IMG/VR virus record: IMGVR_UViG_3300005613_000027
Span: 23,112-87,111 of that record
Direction: 5' to 3' (one strand)
Source: a virus
DNA: 64,000 nucleotides
In this document: piece after piece, positions 30,298-39,743 of the stretch
Layout of the letters: every line of letters starts with the position of its first letter
Position numbering within the stretch: position 1 is the stretch's first letter
Program-made: the position numbers and the translations under genes
The notes under the pieces: model-generated
Told to the model about the DNA's origin: nothing
Database searches by the model: none
The model's input: only the letters and a program-made list of their open reading frames with translations

Positions 30298-31306
30298 TTA
30301 CCCTTTCCTTTAATTCTTCATGAACATTATCAAAAGGCGGTTCCCATATACCAACTGTGTCTTGTCTAAATAATTTTACACTATCATACCAGGGTGAATC
30401 TGTTCCAGGGAGTGCCCATGTATAGTAAGGTAAAATAGGTATTACTATCCAAGTGGGTTTCCCCATAGCAGCTGCTAAATGAGCTACTGAAGTACAAGAA
30501 CTAATAATTAAATCCATATTTCCTATTGCTCCTGCTGTATCCTCCCAATCATTCAAATACTTGTCTAATGGAATAATATGATCTGGATAACCCTTATTCC
30601 AATCCTTCTGTAAACTGTATGCTTGTATATTATCTACATTTACAGCATCAAACATTAACTTTTCTGGAAACAATCTAAACTGTTCGTGCTCGAAAGTTGG
30701 ATTCCCTGACCAACGAACACCTACTTTTAGTTTAGGACTATTTACTACTAACCTAAACTTATCTATCGCTTCCTGACTCGCTGAGAGATATGTCTCTCCT
30801 GATAATGTTTCATATGTGGTACCCAATATATAAGGGGTACTCATTGATGGTGCCCAATAATCGTGGTACATCGCTAGTGCTGCTTTATAATCTACTACAG
30901 CAGATGCGTAAGGTATTCTAGCAAACATTGATTTTAAACCATCACTGCACGCTACAGTTACTCTCCCACCACGTTCGCTTAATTCTTTTGCAAATCGCAC
31001 ATATACCATCTCGTCGCCGAAACCGGCTTCCATTGTGAATAATATATGCTCTCCGTTTAATTCCCTTCCATCATAAATGGGTTTATTAGTTCCTATATGT
31101 AAATTTCCCCAAATCTCTTCCCATCTACCTCTATTCATCAATTCAAAACCGTTATGAAGATCGCCACGCATCATCAAATACCACCCGCGATTGAATGCCG
31201 ATCTATTACAGTTGGGTCTCTCTTTTTCAAGTTGTTTACATATTTCCCATCCTCTTTCGAAATTTCCTTCTAATCCTACCTTTAATTGTTCATCTAATAA
31301 ATCCAT
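30290..31306 (-). CDS. TPR-fused GT-B glycosyltransferase (GT9-like C-terminus)
   Basis: EAGFGD; VGVRWSGNP; YSLQK; DWEDTAGAI.NMDLIISSCTSVAHLAAAMGKPTW. Confidence 0.8.
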   Translation of the reverse strand: MDLLDEQLKVGLEGNFERGWEICKQLEKERPNCNRSAFNRGWYLMMRGDLHNGFELMNRGRWEEIWGNLHIGTNKPIYDGRELNGEHILFTMEAGFGDEMVYVRFAKELSERGGRVTVACSDGLKSMFARIPYASAVVDYKAALAMYHDYWAPSMSTPYILGTTYETLSGETYLSASQEAIDKFRLVVNSPKLKVGVRWSGNPTFEHEQFRLFPEKLMFDAVNVDNIQAYSLQKDWNKGYPDHIIPLDKYLNDWEDTAGAIGNMDLIISSCTSVAHLAAAMGKPTWIVIPILPYYTWALPGTDSPWYDSVKLFRQDTVGIWEPPFDNVHEELKERVNA

Positions 31307-31316
31307 TTAATTCTCC

Positions 31317-32631
31317 TTAATAAGACTTTAATGCCATCATATAAGATACACCAGCCTCTACACTAGTCCAATCTGTGTCAGAACCAATTTGTACTGGTGA
31401 AGAACGATATGTTTGATCTCCTTGAGCTAATTGACCATCACCGTTAGCCCCCCAAGCCCAGAGAGTTCCATCTGTCTTAATTGCCACCATGTTAGAACTT
31501 CTCACTGAAATGCTATTCCAATCAGTTAAAACTCCTACCTGAACCGGAGAAGAAAGTTTCGTTTGATGACCTAATCCTAACTGTCCTTGTGTATTATAAC
31601 CCCAGGTCCAGAGAGTTCCATCTGTTTTAATCGCCCCAGTAGCCCCTCCATTCATAGAAAGCTCACTCCAATCAGTTCCAGAGCCAACTTGTACTGGTGA
31701 GGAATAACTAGTAACATTATTCTGTCCTAATTGTCCTTCACTATTACTACCCCAAACCCAAAGAGTTCCGTTTGATCTTATTCCACCAGAATTTAAACCA
31801 CCTGCTTCTATCTTTACCCAATCAGTTAAGGCTCCTACCTGAACTGGAGACGAGCGATCAACTATGTCTCCTAATGCCAATCCACCAGCACTATTATTAC
31901 CCCACATCCATAGAGTTCCATCTGTTTTAATTGTAGCTACGACACCGTTATCAGTACTAATATAATCCCAATCCGTTAAAGCTCCTATTTGAACTGGAGA
32001 TGACCGCTGTACTGTGTCTCCTACACCCAACTGCCCATCAGTGTTATAACCCCAGGACCAAAGAGTCCCATCGGTCTTTTGTGCTATATTGAAATAATCA
32101 CCACCGGCTGTATCACTCCAATCAGTTAGAGAGCCAACTTGTGCTGGTGAAGAACGCCGGTCAATATCACCTAATCCTAACTGACCGTACTCATTATAAC
32201 CCCAGGTCCAGAGAGTTCCATCTGTTTTGATAACTGCTGAATGCATACCTACATGTGTATTTAGTATTTCCCAATCAGTCAAAGCCCCTACTTGTACTGG
32301 TGAAGATCGTGGTGTTATATCTCCCAATCCTAATGTACCGTGTATATTCCAGCCCCATACCCATAATTCTTTTCCGGCGGGTATATATAGTATTGGAGTA
32401 ATGTTTCCATATGACAGTATTTCAATATAGTATTGGAGTAATGTTTCCATATGACAGTATTTCATCTTCATTGGATTCAGCCACAACCATCTTTGTTCCA
32501 TCAACAAGATCTAACACCTCATAAGCACCTGAACCAGATATTACTGTATTAGATTCAATGCTCCAGTCACTCTCTTTTAAAACCATTATACGAGCAGTAT
32601 CGTTTTTTGTTCCAGAAATTTTGTAAGGCAT
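31317..32631 (-). pseudogene. MPYKISG-module protein 2 with ~7 RCC1/BLIP-II repeats, frameshifted by a 40-bp tandem duplication
   Basis: Split into ORFs 32422..32631 and 31317..32507; removing one 40-bp copy gives 1275 nt (424 aa) in frame. Confidence 0.8.
32385..32464. repeat. Exact 40-bp tandem duplication
   Basis: ATATAGTATTGGAGTAATGTTTCCATATGACAGTATTTCA twice. Confidence 0.95.
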
Positions 32632-33433
32632 TATCTTCCTCCTTATTTAAATATTTTCTTACTAAAGAAAAAGCAGTATGAGGATTAACCCCGTACTGCT
32701 CTAAATACTCATGTGTACCAACATTTAGTTTACCTGTCATCTCCACGTCTCTTACTGCGTGAAGAAACGCTGTTTTCACATGTTCTTCAATCTCAGATTT
32801 TTCCATATCAAGCTCATCCCAAACCTCAGGTATGTTGTAAGATTCTCTAATCTCATCGTATGCCTCTTGATACATTCCTATTTCTTTTAACGCTCCTTCT
32901 ATGTATATATTAGAATCACTGACATCAGCAGCGAGCTTCTGAATCCTAATATCCAACTCTTGAAGTTTAAAATCGAGTTCAGTTACATCTCCTTCTTCCT
33001 TAGCTTCTTCAATATCAACTATATCACTAACTAACTTCTGTCTTTTATATAAATATCTGTCTAGTTTTACTCTATTCTGACGAAGCTTAAAAATGTTTTC
33101 TTTCAATGCGCTACGCTTTCTTTCAATTTTAGCTAAACATTGCTTCATTCTCCTATAGGGTGATTGTGCAATCATATGCAGCGACATAAGTTTACCAGTC
33201 GCTTGAGAGTTCTGTTTACCGAACGCTCTAGTTGCTCTGTTTATTTCTGGCATTCTTGAAGCCACCAATGCCAATTTTTCTTCATCAAATGTTTTAAAAT
33301 CAATTAAGTCTTTCGCATTAGGATCGGCACCCCGTGTAGAAATCTGCATAAACACATTATCTTTATCAATCAATTCTTCTACCTTTAGTGCCAAGTCTCT
33401 AATCTCATTTGTAGTTGTTAAATCTTTAGTCAT
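32567..33433 (-). CDS. Phage coiled-coil hypothetical protein; C-terminus overlaps the next gene
   Basis: PEINRATRAFGKQNSQ...SPYRRMKQ motif; 65-nt overlap with MPYKISG copy 2. Confidence 0.65.
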   Translation of the reverse strand: MTKDLTTTNEIRDLALKVEELIDKDNVFMQISTRGADPNAKDLIDFKTFDEEKLALVASRMPEINRATRAFGKQNSQATGKLMSLHMIAQSPYRRMKQCLAKIERKRSALKENIFKLRQNRVKLDRYLYKRQKLVSDIVDIEEAKEEGDVTELDFKLQELDIRIQKLAADVSDSNIYIEGALKEIGMYQEAYDEIRESYNIPEVWDELDMEKSEIEEHVKTAFLHAVRDVEMTGKLNVGTHEYLEQYGVNPHTAFSLVRKYLNKEEDNALQNFWNKKRYCSYNGFKRE

Positions 33434-33435
33434 AT

Positions 33436-33666
33436 TTATAACTCCCTTTGTATAAAATCATTAATTATATTACTTAATGTCTCTAGATCTTCGTCAGCAA
33501 CAACATTTTCTTCCCAAATTTGCATAATTCCAGAAGCAATATTATTCCAAACAACCATAATAGGAACGCCGTTCCAAACCGTGGTCACGAATGTCTGAAG
33601 ACCTGTTGAATTTTTTATCTGCATCAACTGCTGTGCCATATACAAGTTAATATATGTTATTGCCAA
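33436..33666 (-). CDS. Hypothetical protein
   Basis: 76-aa ORF with GAGGTG RBS and TTG start. Confidence 0.45.
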   Translation of the reverse strand: MAITYINLYMAQQLMQIKNSTGLQTFVTTVWNGVPIMVVWNNIASGIMQIWEENVVADEDLETLSNIINDFIQREL

Positions 33667-33809
33667 ACGCTACACCTCTAGACCTTTTTTCTGATTTGGG
33701 AAATCTTTGTAAATAAACTTTAGTTTAGTTACTTTTATATATTCTTAAAACCTTTTATATTATATATTCTTGGTTCAGAAAAACTGACTTCAGTTTAACT
33801 GAACTCACT

Positions 33810-34271
33810 TTACATAAACTTTTCTAAGATAATTTCACCTTTTTGTTTAGCGAAATGTGTAAATACATATAAGTATTCATAAAAATGTGGTTCCCCACTA
33901 TGAGTTCCAAATTCATAAGCCCAAACTCTCTTACCATGTAAAATTTCGGGTTGTTTTACTATAAATCCTTTTTCTTCGAGTGATCTTATAGTGCTGGATA
34001 CCCCACCCACACTTTTAAGTTCAAGAGTGTCTGCTATATTTTGTAGACTCCAACGCGCTACTAATTTATTTTTACCTATGAAATATTTTCTATATAAATA
34101 ATTACAAAATTCATTTCTCATTTCCCCACGTAAAATCCAAGAACATAAATATAACCAAACTTTTCCTTCTGTGGATGTAAGCCATTTTAGAAATTTACCA
34201 TCTCTTAAAAATCTCAAAGGTATTGGAAAATGTTGTTCTCTTTTTTGCCCTTTAAAATCATCTTGTTTCAT
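33810..34271 (-). CDS. Winged-helix DNA-binding protein (replication-initiator N-terminus-like)
   Basis: LTSTEGKVWLYL...WSLQNIADTLEL..VSSTIRSLEEKGFI. Confidence 0.65.
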   Translation of the reverse strand: MKQDDFKGQKREQHFPIPLRFLRDGKFLKWLTSTEGKVWLYLCSWILRGEMRNEFCNYLYRKYFIGKNKLVARWSLQNIADTLELKSVGGVSSTIRSLEEKGFIVKQPEILHGKRVWAYEFGTHSGEPHFYEYLYVFTHFAKQKGEIILEKFM

Positions 34272-34292
34272 CGCCTATCTCCTTCCCCTTTT

Positions 34293-34320
34293 AATATAAC
34301 CATTAAATCTTATTTGTCAA
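34293..34320 (-). promoter_or_regulatory. Sigma70-type promoter for the winged-helix gene
   Basis: TTGACA-16 nt-TATATT. Confidence 0.6.
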
Positions 34321-34346
34321 GTCCTTTTCTTAAAAAATTAAACATT

Positions 34347-35645
34347 TTATTTGTAAGCAAGCATATGGTTTTCACCTGCTACAGTTTGACCTACTACCCA
34401 ATCAGTCAAAGCTCCTACTTGTACAGGAGAAGATCTGTGGTTAGTATCTCCTATACCTAATTCACCTTGGTTATTCCATCCCCAACCCCACAAAGTACTG
34501 TCTGTTTTGATTGCATAGACAGAAACACCTCCACTATTAGCAATAGGCGCTAGCCAATCCGTTAAAGCTCCTACTTGTGTTGGAGATGAGCGTCGTGTTA
34601 AATCACCTTGACCTAATATCCCAAAACCAGCCCCGCCCCAAGACCACAATGTTCCATTTGTTTTGGTACCAAAACTAGCTGCAACAGCACAACTTATATA
34701 ATTCCAATTAGTATCAGAACCTACTTGTACTGGAGACGATCTGTGAATTTCATCCCCCAAACCCAAACAACCGCCGCCATTTCCACCTACTGCCCATAAT
34801 TGACCATTAGTTTTTATAAACATACCGTATCTAGCTCCAGCAGCTATTTTACTATAATTATTTCCAACTAGAACTGGAGATGAGTAACCTGTTATATTAT
34901 TCTGACCTAATTGACCTAAATAATTTTGTCCCCAACCATAGAGAAGATTTACATTTGTTAAAGCGTATGTAAATCCAGGACCAAGAGCCAAACTTTGCCA
35001 ATAAGTTTCAGATCCTACTTGCACTGGAGAAGAGCGATGTGTAACATCTTCTAAACCTAATTGCCCATAAGTATTATCTCCCCAAGCCCAAATTGTTCCG
35101 TCTGTCTTGATTCCAACAGTAAAATCATTACCACAAGCTACATCTAACCAATTAGTATCAGACCCTATTTGAACTGGCGAAGAGCGCCTAAAAGGATCGG
35201 TTTCACCATTACCTAATTGACCGCTGCCATTATAACCCCAAGCCCATAATTCACCATCACTTGTAACTACCATAGTATGACATTCACCACCAGCTAATTC
35301 ACTTGAGCTTCTGTCAAAACCAACCTGTACTGGAGACGAGCGCGGTATAACATCTTCTAAACCTAACTGTCCTTGTATATTATAACCCCAAGTCCACAAA
35401 GGATTAGGTATTATATATTCAGTAGGATTTATGGTATGTCCTTGAACCCACCCATCACGCACTCTACGACCAAGAACAAGCTTCTCTGTATTTGTTAAAC
35501 CTGTCAACTCATAATCTCTGTATCCAGATGCTCCCGAAGTACCAGAAAAAACAGTATTGTCTTCTATTGTATAATCATTTTTATCTATTACAATAACTCT
35601 ACATGTATGATTGTGACTTATAAATCCTGATATCTTATATGGCAT
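34347..35645 (-). CDS. MPYKISG-module protein 3 (divergent module) with ~7 RCC1/BLIP-II repeats
   Basis: LWxWGxNxxGQLG...RSSPVQVG repeats. Confidence 0.85.
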   Translation of the reverse strand: MPYKISGFISHNHTCRVIVIDKNDYTIEDNTVFSGTSGASGYRDYELTGLTNTEKLVLGRRVRDGWVQGHTINPTEYIIPNPLWTWGYNIQGQLGLEDVIPRSSPVQVGFDRSSSELAGGECHTMVVTSDGELWAWGYNGSGQLGNGETDPFRRSSPVQIGSDTNWLDVACGNDFTVGIKTDGTIWAWGDNTYGQLGLEDVTHRSSPVQVGSETYWQSLALGPGFTYALTNVNLLYGWGQNYLGQLGQNNITGYSSPVLVGNNYSKIAAGARYGMFIKTNGQLWAVGGNGGGCLGLGDEIHRSSPVQVGSDTNWNYISCAVAASFGTKTNGTLWSWGGAGFGILGQGDLTRRSSPTQVGALTDWLAPIANSGGVSVYAIKTDSTLWGWGWNNQGELGIGDTNHRSSPVQVGALTDWVVGQTVAGENHMLAYK

Positions 35646-36399
35646 TTTTACTCTCCTTTGTAGTTAATATTATATGATTTTTTTCTGTAACGGCAACAGT
35701 GTGTTCAAACTGTGCTACACAACTTCCGTCTTTTGTTCTTGCATCCCAACAACCATTTGGATGTATTACTTCATAACTACCAGCTGAAATGATGGGTTCT
35801 ATTGCAATAACCATTCCCTCTTTTAACATTATACCTTCATTTGCTTTTCCATAATTAAATACACTAGGCTCTTCATGTAGGTCTCTACCTATACCATGAC
35901 CAGTATAAGCCCGTACAGGGTTAAATGAGGCCGCCTCAGCGGTTATTTGAATGGTGTTTGATATATCACCTATTCTGTTTCCAGGAATTGCTTTTTCAAT
36001 AGCTTTATTTAAACACCTCTCGGTAATTCGCATAAGATTTGCTTTTTTTAAAGAAATTTTTCCCACCCCCGCAGTAAATGCAGCGTCGCCACACCAACCA
36101 TTATAAATAGCGCCATAATCTATAGTTATAATATCACCTTCTTCTAGTCTTCTTTCACTAGGAAATCCATGAACTATTTGATCGTTTACAGAAGCACAAA
36201 TTGTAAATGGATATCCATTATAACCAAGAAATGCTGGTTTTGCTTTGTGTAAACGTGTTAGTTCATTTGCAAAATGGTTCAAACTTAAAGTTGTAACACC
36301 AACATCTATAGAATGTTTTAATTCATTTAACACATCTGCTACTATCCAACAAGCATCTTTAATTCTTTTTATTTCTTCTTTAGTTTTAAGTATTATCAC
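35635..36399 (-). CDS. map: Methionine aminopeptidase type I
   Basis: CASVNDQIVHG; DIITIDYG; GDAAFT; GHGIG..LHEEP; AIEP; QFEHT. Confidence 0.95.
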   Translation of the reverse strand: MIILKTKEEIKRIKDACWIVADVLNELKHSIDVGVTTLSLNHFANELTRLHKAKPAFLGYNGYPFTICASVNDQIVHGFPSERRLEEGDIITIDYGAIYNGWCGDAAFTAGVGKISLKKANLMRITERCLNKAIEKAIPGNRIGDISNTIQITAEAASFNPVRAYTGHGIGRDLHEEPSVFNYGKANEGIMLKEGMVIAIEPIISAGSYEVIHPNGCWDARTKDGSCVAQFEHTVAVTEKNHIILTTKESKNAI

Positions 36400-36402
36400 T
36401 CT

Positions 36403-36615
36403 TTAGCCTCCACGTTGTTTATATGCTCTTTGGACAGCTTCCTCAGTTTTTTCACCTTCTATTTTTTTGGCTTTTTTAAGCCTTTTAATTTGTGCATTAA
36501 TCATATCTGCATTTCTTCCTGGAAGTAATTCCATTAATTCTTTTATCGTTGCATTTTCATAATTATTTGCTAATGTTTGTTTTTCAGTATAAGTCCACCT
36601 TCTCCTTCGAGCCAT
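36403..36615 (-). CDS. Small Myb/SANT-like HTH protein
   Basis: RRWTxxExxxL...LPGRNxxxI. Confidence 0.55.
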   Translation of the reverse strand: MARRRRWTYTEKQTLANNYENATIKELMELLPGRNADMINAQIKRLKKAKKIEGEKTEEAVQRAYKQRGG

Positions 36616-36641
36616 AATTCACACCTCCCCCTGTAATTTTA

Positions 36642-37157
36642 TTATTTTAAAGCCGAAACGTGATACTGACCACCAGTAATACTACTCCAATCAGTTAGAG
36701 AGCCAACTTGAACAGGTGAAGAATAATTTGTTTGGTTACCTAAACCTAGTTGACCGCTGCCATTATAACCCCAAGACCAAAGAGTTTTATCAGTTTTGGT
36801 TGTCATAGTGTGAAATTCACCACAAGCAATATTTTCCCAAGCAGTCAAGGCCCCAACTTGTACTGGTGAAGAGCGGGCGGTTATATCTTCTTGACCTAAT
36901 TCACCATAGTCATTACGCCCCCACATCCAAATTTCTAAACCAGGCGGCGCATAAAATTCTGATGTAACATTTCCAAACCCAAGCATCTCTCCTTCAGCAG
37001 ACCTTGCTACTACAGTCTTGGTTCCAACTTCAAGACCTGTTATTTCATAACTACCTGAGCCAGATATAACTGTATTATCTTCAACAGACCAATCTGATTC
37101 TTTGACAGTTATAATTCTAGCGGTTTCTGATTTAGTTCCTGATATTTTATAAGGCAT
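36642..37157 (-). CDS. MPYKISG-module protein 4 with only two RCC1 repeats
   Basis: Shared N-terminal module plus two WGxN..GxLG..SSPVQVG repeats. Confidence 0.8.
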   Translation of the reverse strand: MPYKISGTKSETARIITVKESDWSVEDNTVISGSGSYEITGLEVGTKTVVARSAEGEMLGFGNVTSEFYAPPGLEIWMWGRNDYGELGQEDITARSSPVQVGALTAWENIACGEFHTMTTKTDKTLWSWGYNGSGQLGLGNQTNYSSPVQVGSLTDWSSITGGQYHVSALK

Positions 37158-37337
37158 TTATTCCTCCAATTGATCATCTAAGTAATCTTCCATAGATGAT
37201 TTAACTTTTGCTCTTTTTGTAAACTCTTTCATTAATTCTAAAATCTCTTTATCAACAGATCCTTCCTCCATTAATTTATTAATACCATTCAAAATATCTT
37301 TTTTTCTTTGCTTCCAAATATCATCATAGTTAGCCAT
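37158..37337 (-). CDS. 59-aa hypothetical protein MANYDDIWKQ... (not in ORF track)
   Basis: GGAGAGGTG RBS; stop codon abuts the copy 4 start. Confidence 0.5.
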   Translation of the reverse strand: MANYDDIWKQRKKDILNGINKLMEEGSVDKEILELMKEFTKRAKVKSSMEDYLDDQLEE

Positions 37338-37415
37338 AATACACCTCTCCGATAATTATTTTTTAACTTTCCTATTTATATATTTAGCGGATGTCTCCGC
37401 ACTATTAACTATGAT

Positions 37416-37757
37416 TTATTCTTCATAACACATTGGGCATCTATAAAAAAATATAATACTCTCCCAAGGTGGATAATATTTACAAGCTCTGCTTTTCATT
37501 AACCATTGAGAACTGTTACATGTTAAACAATAAAATAATAACCAGTCTTCTTCATACAATGCCGTTGCGCATTCTTCACATATTGGTATTTCTAATAAAA
37601 TTTCTGGCCAATCTCCCCTCATATCTCCTAAATGTTGACATAAATAATCAACTGCCTGTGGGGGTTTTACGTCTTTTCCGTGATTTAAGTGACATTTTTC
37701 GTTTACCAGGGCCGCCGCTGCCGTTATTTCGTGCAATAATCTGTCGAACTGTTCCAT
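37416..37757 (-). CDS. Cys-rich zinc-binding hypothetical protein
   Basis: CEEC, CLTC and CPMC motifs. Confidence 0.55.
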   Translation of the reverse strand: MEQFDRLLHEITAAAALVNEKCHLNHGKDVKPPQAVDYLCQHLGDMRGDWPEILLEIPICEECATALYEEDWLLFYCLTCNSSQWLMKSRACKYYPPWESIIFFYRCPMCYEE

Positions 37758-37879
37758 TTATTTTCTCCTCAGCCACTTTTCTTCTTATCCTATTTAACTG
37801 ATCAAACTGTTTACCAAAAAATTTACTTTTTTCTTCTAAATATACCAGATCATCAGTTTTTTCCCACATTTTTCCCCTT

Positions 37880-38161
37880 TCACGGTGGATCTTCCTTTAA
37901 ATCTTTACTGACCCACTTTTTTGCTTGGTTTAATGTACAAATTTTTGATTTTTCCGATTCTCTAACTATCCAATGGATCTCTCCATTGATGTATATTCTA
38001 TGCAATAAAATACCATAAATATTATTAGGTATCCGATCTAATACACTTTCTGTTATTGGATACCAAAAACGATTTTTGCTCGTAAGAATTTCTTTAGAAT
38101 TTTCTAGTTTCTTTCCTTCCATGTTGTAAATACCATATCTTTTATGTATGGTTTTTTTCAT
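37880..38161 (-). CDS. Hypothetical protein
   Basis: 93-aa ORF. Confidence 0.4.
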   Translation of the reverse strand: MKKTIHKRYGIYNMEGKKLENSKEILTSKNRFWYPITESVLDRIPNNIYGILLHRIYINGEIHWIVRESEKSKICTLNQAKKWVSKDLKEDPP

Positions 38162-38191
38162 AGTTATTAGACATTAGTTGTTATTTAACGT

Positions 38192-39256
38192 TTATCCTAA
38201 TCCACCATGCCCATTGGAACAGGCTGCCAAACCCTCACTTCTAGTCAGAGTTAAATCACCAAAATCGGCCGCACTGCCAGTGGTAGCTATTGTAACATAA
38301 TCCATAACATTAGTATTAGAACATCCTGCAAAAACTGCTCTAGTATTATTTGAACACCCAGCAACGTAACTTCTATCAGTAGTTAATTCACCAAAATTAG
38401 TTGCACTTCCTGGTGTGGCTATAGTAATATATTGAATATCACTGTATCCTGCGTGTGCTCCACCAGCAAACAACCCTCTGGTAGATGACGATGCTGCACC
38501 ATTATGCCGTCTTTCCGCTATAGTACCAAAACTAGTAGCATTACCAGTTGTTGCTATTGTAACATATTCTGTGTATCCTTGTGAATCCCAAGTAGTTCCG
38601 AGATTAAATACTGCCCTAGTTGGTGAGGACACCCCATCTCCATATGAACCGCTATGAAGTAAATCTCCAAAAGTACTAGCATCGCCTGTGGTAGCAATTG
38701 TTATATATTCAATAGCATTTCTAGGTGAATCATGCCCTGCAGCAAACAATCCTCTAGTAGAATTACTTGCTCCTTTACACCCATAGTAATGAGTTATAGA
38801 TAAATTTCCAAAACTGGAAGCATTGCTTGGTGTAGAGATAGTTACGTGCTCCATTGCTCTACAAGATTCCCCAGAGCCCCCGCCAAAAACAGCTCTTTCT
38901 GTAGAAGACACTGCACCAAAGCCAAATCTTGCTAATATCAAATCGCCAAAGTCAGTAGCGTCCCCAGTTGAGGTAATATTTATATATTCTATTATATTAA
39001 CACTGGAATACCCTCCGGCAAACAATCCCCTGTCACCAGGAGGTGGCATATATGAAATAGGATCTACATATCCATAAGATATTGCCTCACCTGCTGTTGT
39101 TCTTGAAATAACCGATTTGTAGCCAGAATTTAAACCTGTAATTTCAAAACTACCTGATCCTGATACTACTGTATTGGATTCTATAGACCAATCACTCTCA
39201 TTAACAACAATTATTCTTGCTGTTTCACTTTTAGTTCCTGATATTTTATATGGTAT
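38192..39256 (-). CDS. MPYKISG-module protein 5 with GDRGxFAGG repeats; ATA in place of the ATG start
   Basis: The frame is open 69 codons upstream of the tracked start (39049) and reads IPYKISGTKSETARIIVVNESDWSIESNTVVSGSG...; AAGGAG RBS. Confidence 0.75.
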   Translation of the reverse strand: MPYKISGTKSETARIIVVNESDWSIESNTVVSGSGSFEITGLNSGYKSVISRTTAGEAISYGYVDPISYMPPPGDRGLFAGGYSSVNIIEYINITSTGDATDFGDLILARFGFGAVSSTERAVFGGGSGESCRAMEHVTISTPSNASSFGNLSITHYYGCKGASNSTRGLFAAGHDSPRNAIEYITIATTGDASTFGDLLHSGSYGDGVSSPTRAVFNLGTTWDSQGYTEYVTIATTGNATSFGTIAERRHNGAASSSTRGLFAGGAHAGYSDIQYITIATPGSATNFGELTTDRSYVAGCSNNTRAVFAGCSNTNVMDYVTIATTGSAADFGDLTLTRSEGLAACSNGHGGLG

Positions 39257-39696
39257 TATTTTTTACTCCTTTTCTCTTTTTGTTGACGGGCTAAAAAATC
39301 TGTTATTGTATGCGTGCCGTCCTCAATCTCTTCTAATTTTTTTGTATTAACAGTGCCCATACCATTACCCCTAAGGACACACATAACTAATTGTTGTAAT
39401 ACCTCTTTAATAGTTTTTACTTCTCTAATTTGTTCTAATATTCTTGACGCAGCTGAAGCTTTCGTCTCTTGTGAAACCGTAACAAGATCGACTAGTTCCT
39501 CGTGGTATTCTTGAAATCTTGCTGCTGCTTCCCTTCTATCTTTCCGTTGTAACTTTATTAAATATATTATAAAAAACCCTTCAAATATAGCCACTGCCCA
39601 TCCTCCGTAAATTTTACAGAATTCTCCTATCGCGTTTAGATAATCTATATCTAAAACTGGATGTGGTGCAGCCATTTTTTTATTTCTCCTTTCCAC
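39256..39696 (-). CDS. Membrane protein (one TM helix plus coiled coil; holin-like)
   Basis: GGWAVAIFEGFFIIYLI helix. Confidence 0.45.
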   Translation of the reverse strand: MERRNKKMAAPHPVLDIDYLNAIGEFCKIYGGWAVAIFEGFFIIYLIKLQRKDRREAAARFQEYHEELVDLVTVSQETKASAASRILEQIREVKTIKEVLQQLVMCVLRGNGMGTVNTKKLEEIEDGTHTITDFLARQQKEKRSKK

Positions 39697-39743
39697 AAAA
39701 TTTAGAGAACAGCTGTTCCCTTAACTTTAATATGGTTAGTTTA

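Noticed and set aside
28873-39256. Diversity-generating retroelement or shufflon behind the repeat proteins
   Set aside because: No reverse transcriptase or invertase in the window, all copies share one orientation, and I saw no template/variable pair differing only at adenines.
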